Of a stretch of 64,000 nucleotides of DNA, positions 10,572 through 21,670 are shown one piece after another. The stretch comes from an uncultured Gemmatimonadales bacterium (lineage in GTDB: Bacteria; Gemmatimonadota; Gemmatimonadetes; Gemmatimonadales; GWC2-71-9): NCBI GenBank assembly GCA_963748815.1, contig CAVVKJ010000005.1, positions 352,001 to 416,000 of the forward strand, read 5' to 3'. Below the pieces are notes generated by a model, which saw only the letters and a program-made list of their open reading frames with translations, had not been told where the DNA came from and ran no database searches. A program made the position numbers and the translations under genes. The first letter of the stretch is position 1. The number at the start of each line of letters is the position of its first letter.

Positions 10572-11539
10572 GATTCGCCCCAGCCGTCGCCCTGATCATG
10601 CTCGCTGCCTGTGGTCGTGGCGCGCCGGACGCCATCGTCGCGACCGGCACCCTGCAGGTCGATGAGGTCGACATCGGGCCGATTGTCGCCTCGCGCGTCG
10701 TCCGGGTGTTCGTGGAGGAGGGGGACGCCGTCGCCCCGGGCGACACCCTGGTGACCCTGACCCAGGCCACGCTCGCCCCCGACCTCGCCATTCGCGAGGC
10801 TCGGCTGCAGGCGGCGCAGGCGCAGCTGATGGACCTCGAACGGGGGGCACGCCCCGCGGAACTCCAGCGCGCCGAGGCGCAACTGGAAGCCGCCGCCGCC
10901 GAGGCGGAGCGGACGGCGGTCGAACTCCAGCGGGCCCAGCGGCTCATGGAGGCCGGCAACATCAGCCAGCAGCAGCTCGACAACGCCCAGGCCGCGGCGA
11001 CGTCCGCCGCCGCCACCCGCGATGCCGCCGACGCGTCGTTGCGGCTGCTGCGGGAGGGGGCGCGAGTGGAGCAGATCCGCGCGGCGCGCGCCGAGGTGGC
11101 GAGCGCCCGCGGCGCGGTGGCGGCAGTGCAGGCCACGGTGGAGGAACTGGTGCTGATCTCGACCGTGCCCGGAGTGGTGACGGGACGCCACGTGCAGCCG
11201 GGCGAGGTCGTCGGGGCCGGCCAGGCCGCGGTCACGGTGTCGCGCGCGCAGCGCCCCTGGGCGCGCATCTACGTCGGGGAGCGGGTGCTGCCCTTCGTCC
11301 GCGCAGGCCAGGAGGTCGTGGGGGCGCTCGACGGCGTCAACGGGGCGCGCTTCGCCGGCACCGTCGACCACATCAGCACCAGCGCGGAATTCACGCCGCG
11401 GGTGGCCCTCACCGAGCAGGAACGGGCCGACCTGGTCTTCGGGGTGAAGATCTACTTCGAGCCGGATTCGGCCGGGCTGCTCAAGGCGGGGCTGCCCATC
11501 ACCGTCACGATCCCGGTGGCGCCGGCCGACGCGCCATGA
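10568..11539 (+). CDS. HlyD/YbhG-like membrane fusion lipoprotein
   Basis: Lipobox LAAC, VEEGDAV..GD.L, coiled coil, AEFTPR, LKAGLP. Confidence 0.85.
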   Translation: MRFAPAVALIMLAACGRGAPDAIVATGTLQVDEVDIGPIVASRVVRVFVEEGDAVAPGDTLVTLTQATLAPDLAIREARLQAAQAQLMDLERGARPAELQRAEAQLEAAAAEAERTAVELQRAQRLMEAGNISQQQLDNAQAAATSAAATRDAADASLRLLREGARVEQIRAARAEVASARGAVAAVQATVEELVLISTVPGVVTGRHVQPGEVVGAGQAAVTVSRAQRPWARIYVGERVLPFVRAGQEVVGALDGVNGARFAGTVDHISTSAEFTPRVALTEQERADLVFGVKIYFEPDSAGLLKAGLPITVTIPVAPADAP

Positions 11540-12282
11540 ACGACCACGTCGCGATTCATAGCGAGGGGCTGCGCAAGGTGTTCGGCGGCCTCGCCGCCGT
11601 GGAGGGACTCGACCTGACGGTGGAGCGCGGCGAGGTGTTCGGCCTGCTCGGCCCGAACGGCTCCGGCAAGACGACGACGATCCGGATGCTGACCGGGTTG
11701 ATGGCGCCCTCCAGCGGCCGGGCCTGGGTCGATGGCGTGGACGTGACCGTCGCGCCCGAACAGGTCCGCCGCCGGATCGGGTACATGTCCCAGCGGTTCG
11801 GGCTGTACCACGACATGACCGTGGAAGAGAACATGCGCTTCTACGCCTCGGTCTACGGCCTGCGGGGCGCGGCACGCACGCAACGACTGGACGAACTGGT
11901 GGAGGAGCTGGGGTTCGGGGAGCGGCTGCACCAGATGGCCGGCACGCTGAGCGGCGGGTGGAAACAGCGGCTGGCGCTGGCCTGCGCCACGGCGCACCGG
12001 CCGCGGGTGCTGTTCCTCGACGAGCCGACCGCGGGGGTCGATCCGGCGGCGCGCCGGCAGTTCTGGGAGTTGATCTACGACTTTGCCCGGCGGGGGATCA
12101 CCATTCTCGTGACCACCCACTACATGGATGAAGCCGAGCGCTGCCACCGCCTGGCGTTTCTCTCGCGGGGGCACCTCATTGCGGTGGGGACGGCCGAGGA
12201 AGTGCGGCGGCAGTTCGACCAGCCCAGCATCGAGGATGTGTTCATCGAACTGCAGCGCCGCGACGAGGGGGTCATGGCGTGA
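11536..12282 (+). CDS. ABC transporter ATP-binding protein
   Basis: GPNGSGKT, LSGGWKQR, LDEPTAGVDP, TTHYMDEA. Confidence 0.92.
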   Translation: MNDHVAIHSEGLRKVFGGLAAVEGLDLTVERGEVFGLLGPNGSGKTTTIRMLTGLMAPSSGRAWVDGVDVTVAPEQVRRRIGYMSQRFGLYHDMTVEENMRFYASVYGLRGAARTQRLDELVEELGFGERLHQMAGTLSGGWKQRLALACATAHRPRVLFLDEPTAGVDPAARRQFWELIYDFARRGITILVTTHYMDEAERCHRLAFLSRGHLIAVGTAEEVRRQFDQPSIEDVFIELQRRDEGVMA

Positions 12283-13409
12283 GCCTCCGCGAACGGATTG
12301 CCGGCTCCACCATCTGGCCGATGCTCTGGAAGGAGTTCGTCCAGATGCGCCGCGACCGCCTCACGCTCGCCATGATGCTCGGCATTCCCGCGCTGCAGCT
12401 CGCGATGTTCGGCTACGCGATCCAGACCGAGGTCCGGCACCTCCCCACCGTGGTGCTCGACGAATCCCGCAGTGCGGAGAGCCTCGCGCTCGTGGACCAG
12501 CTTCGGAACACCGGTAGCTTCGACATCGTGAGGTACGTGGCCGATCGCAGCGCTCTCGACCAGGAAATCCGCGCGGGCCGCGCCATGGCCGGGGTGGTGA
12601 TCCCGCCGACCTATCTCACTGACCTCCGGCGCGGGCGGACCGCGCAGGCCCAGGTCATCGTGGATGCCGCCGACCCGCTCGCCTCGAGCGCCGCCATGTC
12701 CGGTGCGGCCCAAGCGGGCGCCGCGCGCTCCACGGCCATTCTCTTCCACTCGACCGGCCGCGCGCCGCCGATCGAGATTCGGGTGCGCCCCTGGTACAAC
12801 CCCGGTCTCCGGAGCGCGGTGTACATCGTGCCGGGCATCATCGGCGTGCTGCTCAGCATCACGATGATCCTCATCACCTCGATGTCGATCGTCCGCGAGC
12901 GCGAACTGGGCACCCTCGAACAGTTGATCGTCACACCCATCGACAAGACCAGCCTGATGCTGGGCAAGATCCTGCCCTTCGTGCTGGTGGGGTACGTCCA
13001 GATGACGGTCATCCTGATCCTGGGGCGGCTCCTCTTCGATGTCCCCATCCGGGGGAGCCTGCCCCTGTTGTACCTCATGACCCTGGCCTTCATCGTCGCG
13101 AGTCTCGGCATGGGACTCTTCATCTCGACCGTGGCCCGCACCCAGGCCCAGGCGCTGCAGCTCGGATACTTCTTCCTGCTGCCGAACATCCTGTTGTCCG
13201 GATTCATGTTTCCGCGAGAAGCGATGCCCGTGGCGGCGCAGTGGATCGGCCTCGCGCTCCCGCTGACCCACTTCCTGAAGGTGTTGCGCGGCATCATCCT
13301 GAAGGACGTCGGGGTGGTGGAACTCTGGATGCCAACGCTGTGGCTCGTCGCGCTGGCGTCGATCTTTATTGCGCTCAGCGTGCGGAGGTTCAGCAAGCGG
13401 ATTGAATAG
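12279..13409 (+). CDS. ABC-2 type permease
   Basis: KEFVQMRRDR, WYNP, RERELGTLEQL, LSGFMFP. Confidence 0.9.
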   Translation: MSLRERIAGSTIWPMLWKEFVQMRRDRLTLAMMLGIPALQLAMFGYAIQTEVRHLPTVVLDESRSAESLALVDQLRNTGSFDIVRYVADRSALDQEIRAGRAMAGVVIPPTYLTDLRRGRTAQAQVIVDAADPLASSAAMSGAAQAGAARSTAILFHSTGRAPPIEIRVRPWYNPGLRSAVYIVPGIIGVLLSITMILITSMSIVRERELGTLEQLIVTPIDKTSLMLGKILPFVLVGYVQMTVILILGRLLFDVPIRGSLPLLYLMTLAFIVASLGMGLFISTVARTQAQALQLGYFFLLPNILLSGFMFPREAMPVAAQWIGLALPLTHFLKVLRGIILKDVGVVELWMPTLWLVALASIFIALSVRRFSKRIE

Positions 13410-13458
13410 GCGGGGCCGGGGGGCCGGGGGGCCGCGGGGGCCGCAACGACCTGGGGCC

Positions 13459-13527
13459 GTCACCCCGGCGAAAGCCGGGGTCCATGTAACCACAGAGAAA
13501 ATGGATCCCGGCTTGCGCCGGGATGAC
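13459..13527. repeat. Inverted pair of family A REP-like palindromes
   Basis: GTCACCCCGGCGAAAGCCGGGGTCCA ... TGGATCCCGGCTTGCGCCGGGATGAC, between convergent genes. Confidence 0.8.
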
Positions 13528-13545
13528 GATCATTCCTGTCCCGTC

Positions 13546-14289
13546 TCAGTATCGTCGCGTTCTCACCTGCAGCCCCAATGCCCCGTTCAGCCACCGCACC
13601 AGGGGGCGGAGTGCCTTGAAATCCGCGGCCAGGGTCGAGACCAGCCGCGGGCTCGTCACGAGGGCCGGCGGGAGCGCCCGCGAAACGATGAACGACTTGT
13701 AGCGCAGCCACTCCTCCGCCGGGTGCCCGGGGGCAAACCCGCGCGGCAGCCGCTTCAGCATCGCGTCCTCACTCAGCCTCCCGTACCGTCGACGGAACGC
13801 GGGCGCGCGGACGATGTTCGCGAACTCCGCCGGGTCCTCGGCGATGGCCGCGCGCAGCGTGGTGAGCGAGCCGGGGGCCGGCATCCAGATCCCGCCCGCC
13901 ACGAAGCAGCCTCCCGGTTCCAGGTGGACGTAATAGCCGGCGCCCCCCTCCGCGTCCTGCCCGACCCCCCGCCCGGCGTCCTGGTGGTAGAACCAGCAAC
14001 CGGCATTCGTCTTGTACGGCGACTTGTCCTTCGAGAAGCGGACGTCCCGGTGGATCCGGAACATCGAGCGGCGAGGATCGCCGATGATCTCCGGCGCGAT
14101 CGCCGCCAGGCGGACGTCCAGCGCCTCCACCAGCGCCGCCATCGGCCTCCGCAGGTTCTCCTCATACCGGGCCCGGTTGGCGGTGAACCACTCCCGATTG
14201 TTGTGCCGCGCGAGCGCGCGGAGAAAGGCGAGGGCATCGGGGCCGATGACGGCGTGCGGTGCCCCCTTCGGTACGGGCTTCCTCGGCAT
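13546..14289 (-). CDS. DUF2461 (TIGR02453) family protein
   Basis: FL..L..HNNREWF, FRIHRDVRFSKDKSPYKT, YYVHLEP. Confidence 0.85.
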   Translation of the reverse strand: MPRKPVPKGAPHAVIGPDALAFLRALARHNNREWFTANRARYEENLRRPMAALVEALDVRLAAIAPEIIGDPRRSMFRIHRDVRFSKDKSPYKTNAGCWFYHQDAGRGVGQDAEGGAGYYVHLEPGGCFVAGGIWMPAPGSLTTLRAAIAEDPAEFANIVRAPAFRRRYGRLSEDAMLKRLPRGFAPGHPAEEWLRYKSFIVSRALPPALVTSPRLVSTLAADFKALRPLVRWLNGALGLQVRTRRY

Positions 14290-14408
14290 GGGTAATACAC
14301 TCCTTGGTCGGATCGCTTGCCCTCGACCTGCATGGCGTCCTACAATTATGCCATCAGTCACCGCATGGCGCCGAGGGCGTCGATGCGTCCTCTCCCCGAT
14401 GAGGTGTC

Positions 14409-16109
14409 ATGGTCTCCACCCCGCCGCCCGCCGCCGTCGCGACGCCCGTCGTCGCGCCCCATGGGCGACGTGGACTGGGGTGGGCGCTGCCCTCGCCGCG
14501 GCGGCTCATTGCCTGGCTCTTCGCGGCGCGGATGGTCCTGGCGGTCGCCACCTTGCTCGGCGCGTCGCTCTCCTGGACTCGCTCCCCCGACATCTCGTTC
14601 ATCGTCACGATCTCGGTGCTGTTCGCCTTCACCGTCACCGCCTACGGGTGGTGGGCGGTCTGGATCAAGAACCGGGAGACCGGGCCGCTCTTCCTGACCG
14701 TTCAGGCCGTGGTGGACCTCGGGCTCGTCACCACCCTCGTCCACTTTACAGGCGGGGCGGACAGCCCGCTCTCGGCGCTGTACGTCGTGGTGCTGGCCGC
14801 GTATGCGGTGCTGCTCCCGCTCTGGGTCGGAATCATCGTCTCGCTGCTGGCCAGCGCGCTCTACTTCCTGGCCGGGATGCTCGGCGGCGGCGGACTCGGC
14901 CTCCCGTTCTGGGGGCAGGTCGTCATCTTCAACACCGTCTTCGGCATCGTGGCCGCGCTGGGTGCGCGGCTCCGGCAGGCCGGTGCGGAGCAGGACACCC
15001 TCGAACTGGAGCTGCGCCGGGTCCGGCTCGAGGCGGACGACATCCTCCTCAACATCCGGTCGGGGGTGCTCACCGTCGACGGCTTCGGGCGCCTCGCGTT
15101 CATCAACCCGACCGCCGAACGACTCCTGGGCATCGACGGGAGCACGCAGGTCGGGTTGCCGGTGCTCGATCACCTGAAGTCCAAGAGCTCGGAGCTGTGG
15201 GCCTGCCTGGTGGCCGGCATCCGGAGCGGCCGCAAGGTCAACCGCGCCGAGGGGATCGTCTTCCGGGCGGACGGCAGCTCGTTCCCGATCGGTCTGATGA
15301 CGACCACCTTTGCGCGCGAAACCGCGCAGCACCCCTCCGTCACTGCGCTCTTCAACGATATCTCGGAGAGCAAGCACCTGCAGGAACTCCACCTGCGCGC
15401 CGAACGGCTGGAGGCGGTCGCGTCGTTGAGCGCCTCGCTGGCGCACGAGATCCGGAATCCCCTTGCCTCGATCAGGAGCTCGGTCGAGCAGCTGGCCGCG
15501 GCCACCGGCGCCGGCGACGACGAGCGGGTGCTGGCCACGCTCATCGTGCGGGAAGCCGACCGGCTGAGCCGGCTGCTCAGCGAGTTCCTCGACTTTTCCC
15601 GGGTCCGCGCCGCGCGGCGGGAGGCGGTGGACCTCCGGGAGATTGCGACGGCCGCCGTCCACCTCGTCGAGGCGCATCCCGACTGCCACGCCGACACGGT
15701 GCTCCAGGTCAAGGGTGCCGCCACCATCATCGACGCGGACGAGGACCTGCTGCACCGGGTCATCGCGAACCTGGTGCTGAACGCGGTGCAGGCGGCCGCG
15801 GGTCCGGTGCAGGTCACGGTTTCGATCGGGCCCGCCATGCAGAGCGACGTCCCGCGGGGCAGCGGCATCGAGTCGCCGATTCGCCTGGACGTGCAGGACG
15901 ACGGCCCAGGGATTCCGGTCGACATCTCAGACCGGCTCTTCCAGCCCTTCGTGAGCGGCCGGCCCGGCGGCAGCGGCCTCGGCCTCGCCATCGTCCAGCG
16001 GGCGGTGGAGGCGCACCGGGGTTTGATTACGGTGACCTCGGCGCTCGGCGAGGGCACCACCTTCACCATATTCCTGCCCGCCAAATGGTCGGCTGAGGAA
16101 GACGAATGA
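14409..16109 (+). CDS. pilS: PilS-like sensor histidine kinase
   Basis: About 6 N-terminal TM segments, PAS, LAHEIRNPL, NLVLNA, DDGPGI, GSGLGL; lies upstream of pilR-pilA. Confidence 0.8.
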   Translation: MVSTPPPAAVATPVVAPHGRRGLGWALPSPRRLIAWLFAARMVLAVATLLGASLSWTRSPDISFIVTISVLFAFTVTAYGWWAVWIKNRETGPLFLTVQAVVDLGLVTTLVHFTGGADSPLSALYVVVLAAYAVLLPLWVGIIVSLLASALYFLAGMLGGGGLGLPFWGQVVIFNTVFGIVAALGARLRQAGAEQDTLELELRRVRLEADDILLNIRSGVLTVDGFGRLAFINPTAERLLGIDGSTQVGLPVLDHLKSKSSELWACLVAGIRSGRKVNRAEGIVFRADGSSFPIGLMTTTFARETAQHPSVTALFNDISESKHLQELHLRAERLEAVASLSASLAHEIRNPLASIRSSVEQLAAATGAGDDERVLATLIVREADRLSRLLSEFLDFSRVRAARREAVDLREIATAAVHLVEAHPDCHADTVLQVKGAATIIDADEDLLHRVIANLVLNAVQAAAGPVQVTVSIGPAMQSDVPRGSGIESPIRLDVQDDGPGIPVDISDRLFQPFVSGRPGGSGLGLAIVQRAVEAHRGLITVTSALGEGTTFTIFLPAKWSAEEDE

Positions 16110-17488
16110 GCACCCAGCCCACGCTGTTGATCGTCGACGACGAATCCGGCATCCTCGACACCCTCCGCATCCTCCTCAAGAAGGAGGGGTTCGAGGTCAC
16201 CACGGCCCAGGGCGGCAAGGCGGGGCTGGAGGCGATCCGGACCGGCCAGTTCGACATCGTGCTGAGCGACGTCCGGATGCCGCAGGTGACCGGCATCGAC
16301 ATCCTCCAGGCCGCCCGCGACCAGGACCCGATGACGCCGGTGATCCTGATGACGGCGCAGGCCTCCCTGCAGACCGCCATCGGGGCGGTCAACGCCGGCG
16401 CCTTCTACTACATCCAGAAGCCGTTTGCGAACGACGAGCTGCTCGCGATCCTGCGCCGGGCCGCCGAGTTCCGGTCGGTGCGGGTGGAGAACAAGCAGCT
16501 CAAGCAGGAGATCAAGCGTCGGGATCGGGGCGGCACCACCCGCCCGATCGGGAAGTCGAAGCGCTTCCTCGATGTGCTGAAGCTCGCGGAACAGGTGGCG
16601 CCCACGGACTCGACCGTGCTGATCGGCGGGGAAAGCGGCACCGGCAAGGAGGTCGTGGCCCGGCATATCCACTACCTCTCCGACCGCGCGGAAGGGCCCT
16701 TCTTCAGCATCAACTGCGGTGCGCTGCCGGAGAACCTGCTGGAGAGCGAGCTCTTCGGGCACGTGAAGGGATCGTTCACCGGCGCGGTGCGCGACAAGCA
16801 GGGGCTGTTTGCGGCTGCGCGGGGGGGGACGTTCTTCCTTGACGAAGTCGGCGAGATGCCCCCCTCGCTCCAGATCAAGCTGCTCCGCGTCCTCCAGGAG
16901 CGCGAGGTCATTCCGGTGGGCGCCACCGAGGCGATCCCGGTGGATGTCCGGATCGTGGCGGCCACCAACCGGGAGCTCGAGGAGGAGATCCGGCGCGGAA
17001 CCTTCCGGTCGGATCTCTTCTACCGCCTGAACGTCATTGCGCTCGACCTGCCGCCGCTCCGCGACCGGCGCGACGACCTCCTCCTCCTGGTCGAGTGGTT
17101 CCTGCAGGGAATGGCGACGCAGTCCGGCACCGAGCCGAAGGCGCTCTCGTCGGAGGCGCTCGACGCCGTGATGGTCTACGACTGGCCCGGCAACGTCCGC
17201 GAGCTCGAGAACGCGCTGGAGCACTCGGTCGTGCTGACGCGCGGCAACCTGATCGAGCCGCAGCACCTCCCCGAGCGGATCACCCGGCGCCGCAAGGAGC
17301 CGCTGGTGACGGATCGCTCCTACAAGAACCCGGCGCTGGACGTCATCGAGCGGGCGTACATCATGTGGGTCCTCCAGGCCGAGGGAGGCAACAAGACCCG
17401 GGCGGCGGAGGTCCTGGGAATCGACCCCTCCACCTTATATAGGAAGCTCAGCCGGTACGAGGAAACGGCGGCGCCGGCAGCGGAATAG
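16106..17488 (+). CDS. pilR: PilR-like sigma54 response regulator
   Basis: Receiver (VDDE, SDVRMP), [15 protein letters not shown]-terminal HTH. Confidence 0.8.
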   Translation: MSTQPTLLIVDDESGILDTLRILLKKEGFEVTTAQGGKAGLEAIRTGQFDIVLSDVRMPQVTGIDILQAARDQDPMTPVILMTAQASLQTAIGAVNAGAFYYIQKPFANDELLAILRRAAEFRSVRVENKQLKQEIKRRDRGGTTRPIGKSKRFLDVLKLAEQVAPTDSTVLIGGESGTGKEVVARHIHYLSDRAEGPFFSINCGALPENLLESELFGHVKGSFTGAVRDKQGLFAAARGGTFFLDEVGEMPPSLQIKLLRVLQEREVIPVGATEAIPVDVRIVAATNRELEEEIRRGTFRSDLFYRLNVIALDLPPLRDRRDDLLLLVEWFLQGMATQSGTEPKALSSEALDAVMVYDWPGNVRELENALEHSVVLTRGNLIEPQHLPERITRRRKEPLVTDRSYKNPALDVIERAYIMWVLQAEGGNKTRAAEVLGIDPSTLYRKLSRYEETAAPAAE

Positions 17489-17527
17489 GGCGGGGCAGGG
17501 AGGCCGCGGGTCCGGAAAATCGGAACG

Positions 17528-17662
17528 TCGTCACCCCGGCCCCGTCGTCATCCCGGCCCCCTCGTCACCCCGCCCCCGTCGTCACCCCAGCCCCCTCGTC
17601 ACCCCCGCGAAAGCGGGGGTCCAGTGAGTAGGCCTCTGGATTCCCGCTTGCGCGGGAATGAC
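17528..17662. repeat. Four truncated ~17-nt family A units followed by a complete inverted REP pair
   Basis: TCGTCA(C/T)CCC-N-GCCCC-like units x4, then GTCACCCCCGCGAAAGCGGGGGTCCA...TGGATTCCCGCTTGCGCGGGAATGAC. Confidence 0.75.
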
Positions 17663-17679
17663 GAGGTCGTGAGCTTCGG

Positions 17680-17739
17680 CCCCGCTTCCCCGCTTCCCCG
17701 CTTCCCCGCTTCCCCGCTTCCCCGCTTCCCCGCTTCCCC
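17680..17739. repeat. Octamer tandem repeat (CCCCGCTT)x7
   Basis: Read directly from the sequence. Confidence 0.95.
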
Positions 17740-17854
17740 CGGCCCCCGCCCTTGCAAAATCCCCCGCCAACGGCTTGCAACCCGCCATGCAATCTCCTGC
17801 GCACTATCCTGTAACTCATTGTGAATAAAATGGTTATGGCGTCGCTCAGGCAGG

Positions 17855-17869
17855 TGGCATAGTCGTTGC
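17855..17869 (+). promoter_or_regulatory. sigma54 promoter of pilA
   Basis: TGGCATAGTCGTTGC (GG-N10-GC); IHF-like TAACTCATTGTGA at 17812. Confidence 0.8.
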
Positions 17870-17956
17870 CTTTCCATCGGCCCGGGAAGGAAGTAGATGG
17901 GACCGATCACGGTCAGCAGCATAGTGCAGGATTCATTCTCTCTGGAGGTTGTACCC

Positions 17957-18367
17957 ATGTTGAACCGCAAGGGCTTTACCCTGATCGAGCTGCTGATTGT
18001 CGTCGTCATCATCGGCATTCTGGCAGCCATCGCGATCCCGAAGTTCGCGAGCACCAAGGAAAAGGCGTACCTGGCCTCGATGAAGTCCGACCTTCGTAAC
18101 CTCGCGACCACCGAGGAAGGCTTCTTCGCCGACAACCAGGTGTACACCGCGATCGCCGCGTCGAACGTTGCCGGCGCCGCCACGCCGGACGCCGCCACCG
18201 GCTTCGTGCCGTCGGCTGGCGTGACCATCGCCGCCGCGCTCAGCGGCGCCGGCTGGACCGCGACGACCACGCACGGCTCGACCACCAAGACGTGCGACAT
18301 CTTCGTCGGCATCGCGGGCCCGTACAACAACGCGACCGTCGAAGGCGAGCCGAAGTGCACGCCGTAA
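17957..18367 (+). CDS. pilA: Type IV major pilin
   Basis: RBS GGAGG; class III signal MLNRKG|FTLIELLIVVVIIGILAAIAIP; C-terminal Cys pair; own sigma54 promoter and terminator. Confidence 0.88.
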   Translation: MLNRKGFTLIELLIVVVIIGILAAIAIPKFASTKEKAYLASMKSDLRNLATTEEGFFADNQVYTAIAASNVAGAATPDAATGFVPSAGVTIAAALSGAGWTATTTHGSTTKTCDIFVGIAGPYNNATVEGEPKCTP

Positions 18368-18393
18368 TCTCGGCCTAGCACTGGACTCTGAAT

Positions 18394-18426
18394 CGGGGCG
18401 GCGGTCCACGGGTCGCCGTCCCTTTT
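18394..18426 (+). terminator. Intrinsic terminator after pilA
   Basis: GGGCGGCGGTCC-ACG-GGTCGCCGTCCC followed by TTTT. Confidence 0.7.
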
Positions 18427-18538
18427 CACACCCTCTCACAGGATCTCACTCATGCGCGAAGACATTCGGCTGGACCCGACGAAGCAGGCGCGAGGCGCCG
18501 CACCGGCGAGCCTCGTGTTCGCCCGGCGAGCCCCGGCG

Positions 18539-18925
18539 ATGAATCGCGCCGGCTTCACCCTGATCGAGTTGCTCATCGTCGTGGTGATCATCGGGATCCT
18601 GGCCTCCATCGCCATCCCCAAGTTCGGGAGCACGAAGGAGCGCGCGTACCTCGCCAAGATGAAGGGCGACCTTCGGAATCTGGCGACCGCGCAGGAGTCG
18701 TACGCCAGCGATAACCAGGTCTACTACGGCGGCGCCGTCCCGAATCCGATCCTGGCGTACAATCCGTCGAGCGGGACCATCATCACGATCACCGAGGCCA
18801 CCGCCGGCGGGTGGAGCGCCACGGCGGCCTATCCGGTGACGCCGAAGACCTGCGCGGTCTTCTTCGGAGCCGCCACGCCAGTGGCGCCGGCGACCTCCGA
18901 AGGGCAGATCGCCTGCGACCCCTGA
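18539..18925 (+). CDS. Second type IV pilin paralogue
   Basis: MNRAG|FTLIELLIVVVIIGILASIAIPKF; C-terminal Cys pair. Confidence 0.88.
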   Translation: MNRAGFTLIELLIVVVIIGILASIAIPKFGSTKERAYLAKMKGDLRNLATAQESYASDNQVYYGGAVPNPILAYNPSSGTIITITEATAGGWSATAAYPVTPKTCAVFFGAATPVAPATSEGQIACDP

Positions 18926-18938
18926 CGGGGAGCGAGAC

Positions 18939-20133
18939 GTGACCCGGAGTTCGGGGCCGCCACGCGACGGGCCGCCTGGCGGCACGCCGGGCGGCCCGCT
19001 CCGTTCGCTCCGGACCGAGCTCCTCTTCAACCTCGCGTTCCTCACCTCCGCGGCGGTGGTCCTCGCCAGCCTGACGACGCTCCTCGTCGCCTCGCTGGAC
19101 CCGGACGCCGCCGTCTGGGCGCTCTGGATTCTCTGGGCCGCGAGCACGGTGCTCTTCGTGCTCTTCGGCCGCCACCTGGTCCAGCGACTGGTGCTGCGGC
19201 CGCTCAGCGAACTCTCCGCCGAGGCGGACCGCCTGGCGAGCGGGGACATCTCCGCGCCCCCGCAGTCGTTCGAAACTCGCGAACTCGCGCACCTCGCCGA
19301 CCGCTTTCACTCGATGGCCGAGCAACTCCTCGACGTGCAGAGCCAGGCGGTGCGCGCGGAAAAACTGGCCGGCGTGGGTCGACTCGCCGCCGGCGTGGCG
19401 CACGAAATCCGCAATCCCCTCGGCGCGTTCGGCACCTACGTCGAGGTGCTCCGCCAGCGCGGCGCCGACGCCGCGCTGGTCGACGGCATGCGCCGCGAAG
19501 TCGCCCGCATGGATCGGATCGTCGAGGGGCTGCTCGACTATGCGCGCCCCGGTGCGCCCTCCGGCAGCGCCGCGCTCGCCGAGGTCGCGCGGGATGTCGT
19601 CGGATTTCTCGGCGACCAGGGCGCGCTCAAGGCGCACGAGGTCGTGCTCGAGGTGAGCGATTCGCTCCGCCCCGTCCGCGGCGATCGGAAGGCGCTCGAA
19701 CAGGTGCTCGTCAACCTGGTGCTGAACGCCCGGGACGCCTCCCCGGCCGGGGGGCGGATCTGGGTGGGCGCCGTGCCGAAAACCTTTGTTCCTCGCAACG
19801 TGCCAGAACATCGGGCGGCGGACGGGAATGGGGCCGGGGAGGCCCCGGAACGCCCCGGAGCGGCCGGCAGGCGCCCCTGGCGGCCCGACCTCCCCTCAGG
19901 CACCGCAGGGGGCCTGCTCTACGTGGCCGACGAGGGCCCTGGTGTGCCCGAGGATGAGCGTGAGCGCATTTTCGACCCCTTCTACACCACCAAGGACCCC
20001 GGCAAGGGCACGGGGCTCGGTCTGGCCATCGTGGCGCGGACTGTGCATGACGCTGGGGGCGTAGTCTGGGTGGACCGCGCCCGCGAGGGCGGGGCGGTGT
20101 TCAAGGTATTCCTGCCACAGGCAGAGGCGGTTG

Positions 20134-20153
<20 letters not shown>
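18939..20153 (+). CDS. HAMP-domain sensor histidine kinase
   Basis: 2 TM segments with almost no loop, HAMP, VAHEIRNPL, NLVLNA, DEGPG, GTGLGL. Confidence 0.88.
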
Positions 20154-21522
<1,369 letters not shown>

Positions 21523-21553
21523 GGGCACGGCATGCCGTGCCAGATAGGGTCGT

Positions 21554-21594
21554 CCCCCCTCTCCACATGGTGGAGAGGGGGTCAGGGGGTGAGG
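21554..21594. repeat. Palindromic repeat, family B (second copy)
   Basis: CCCCCCTCTCCACATGGTGGAGAGGGGGTCAGGGGGTGAGG. Confidence 0.75.
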
Positions 21595-21670
21595 TAGGAC
21601 CGCGCGCATGGGATCCCATGCGCGCGTTTTTTGTTGCGATGAATCGGTGGTGCGGCGCTATCGTCACGCC

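Noticed and set aside
17957..18367. Geobacter-type short conductive pilin
   Set aside because: The mature pilin is ~130 aa with a globular domain, not the truncated ~60-aa type.
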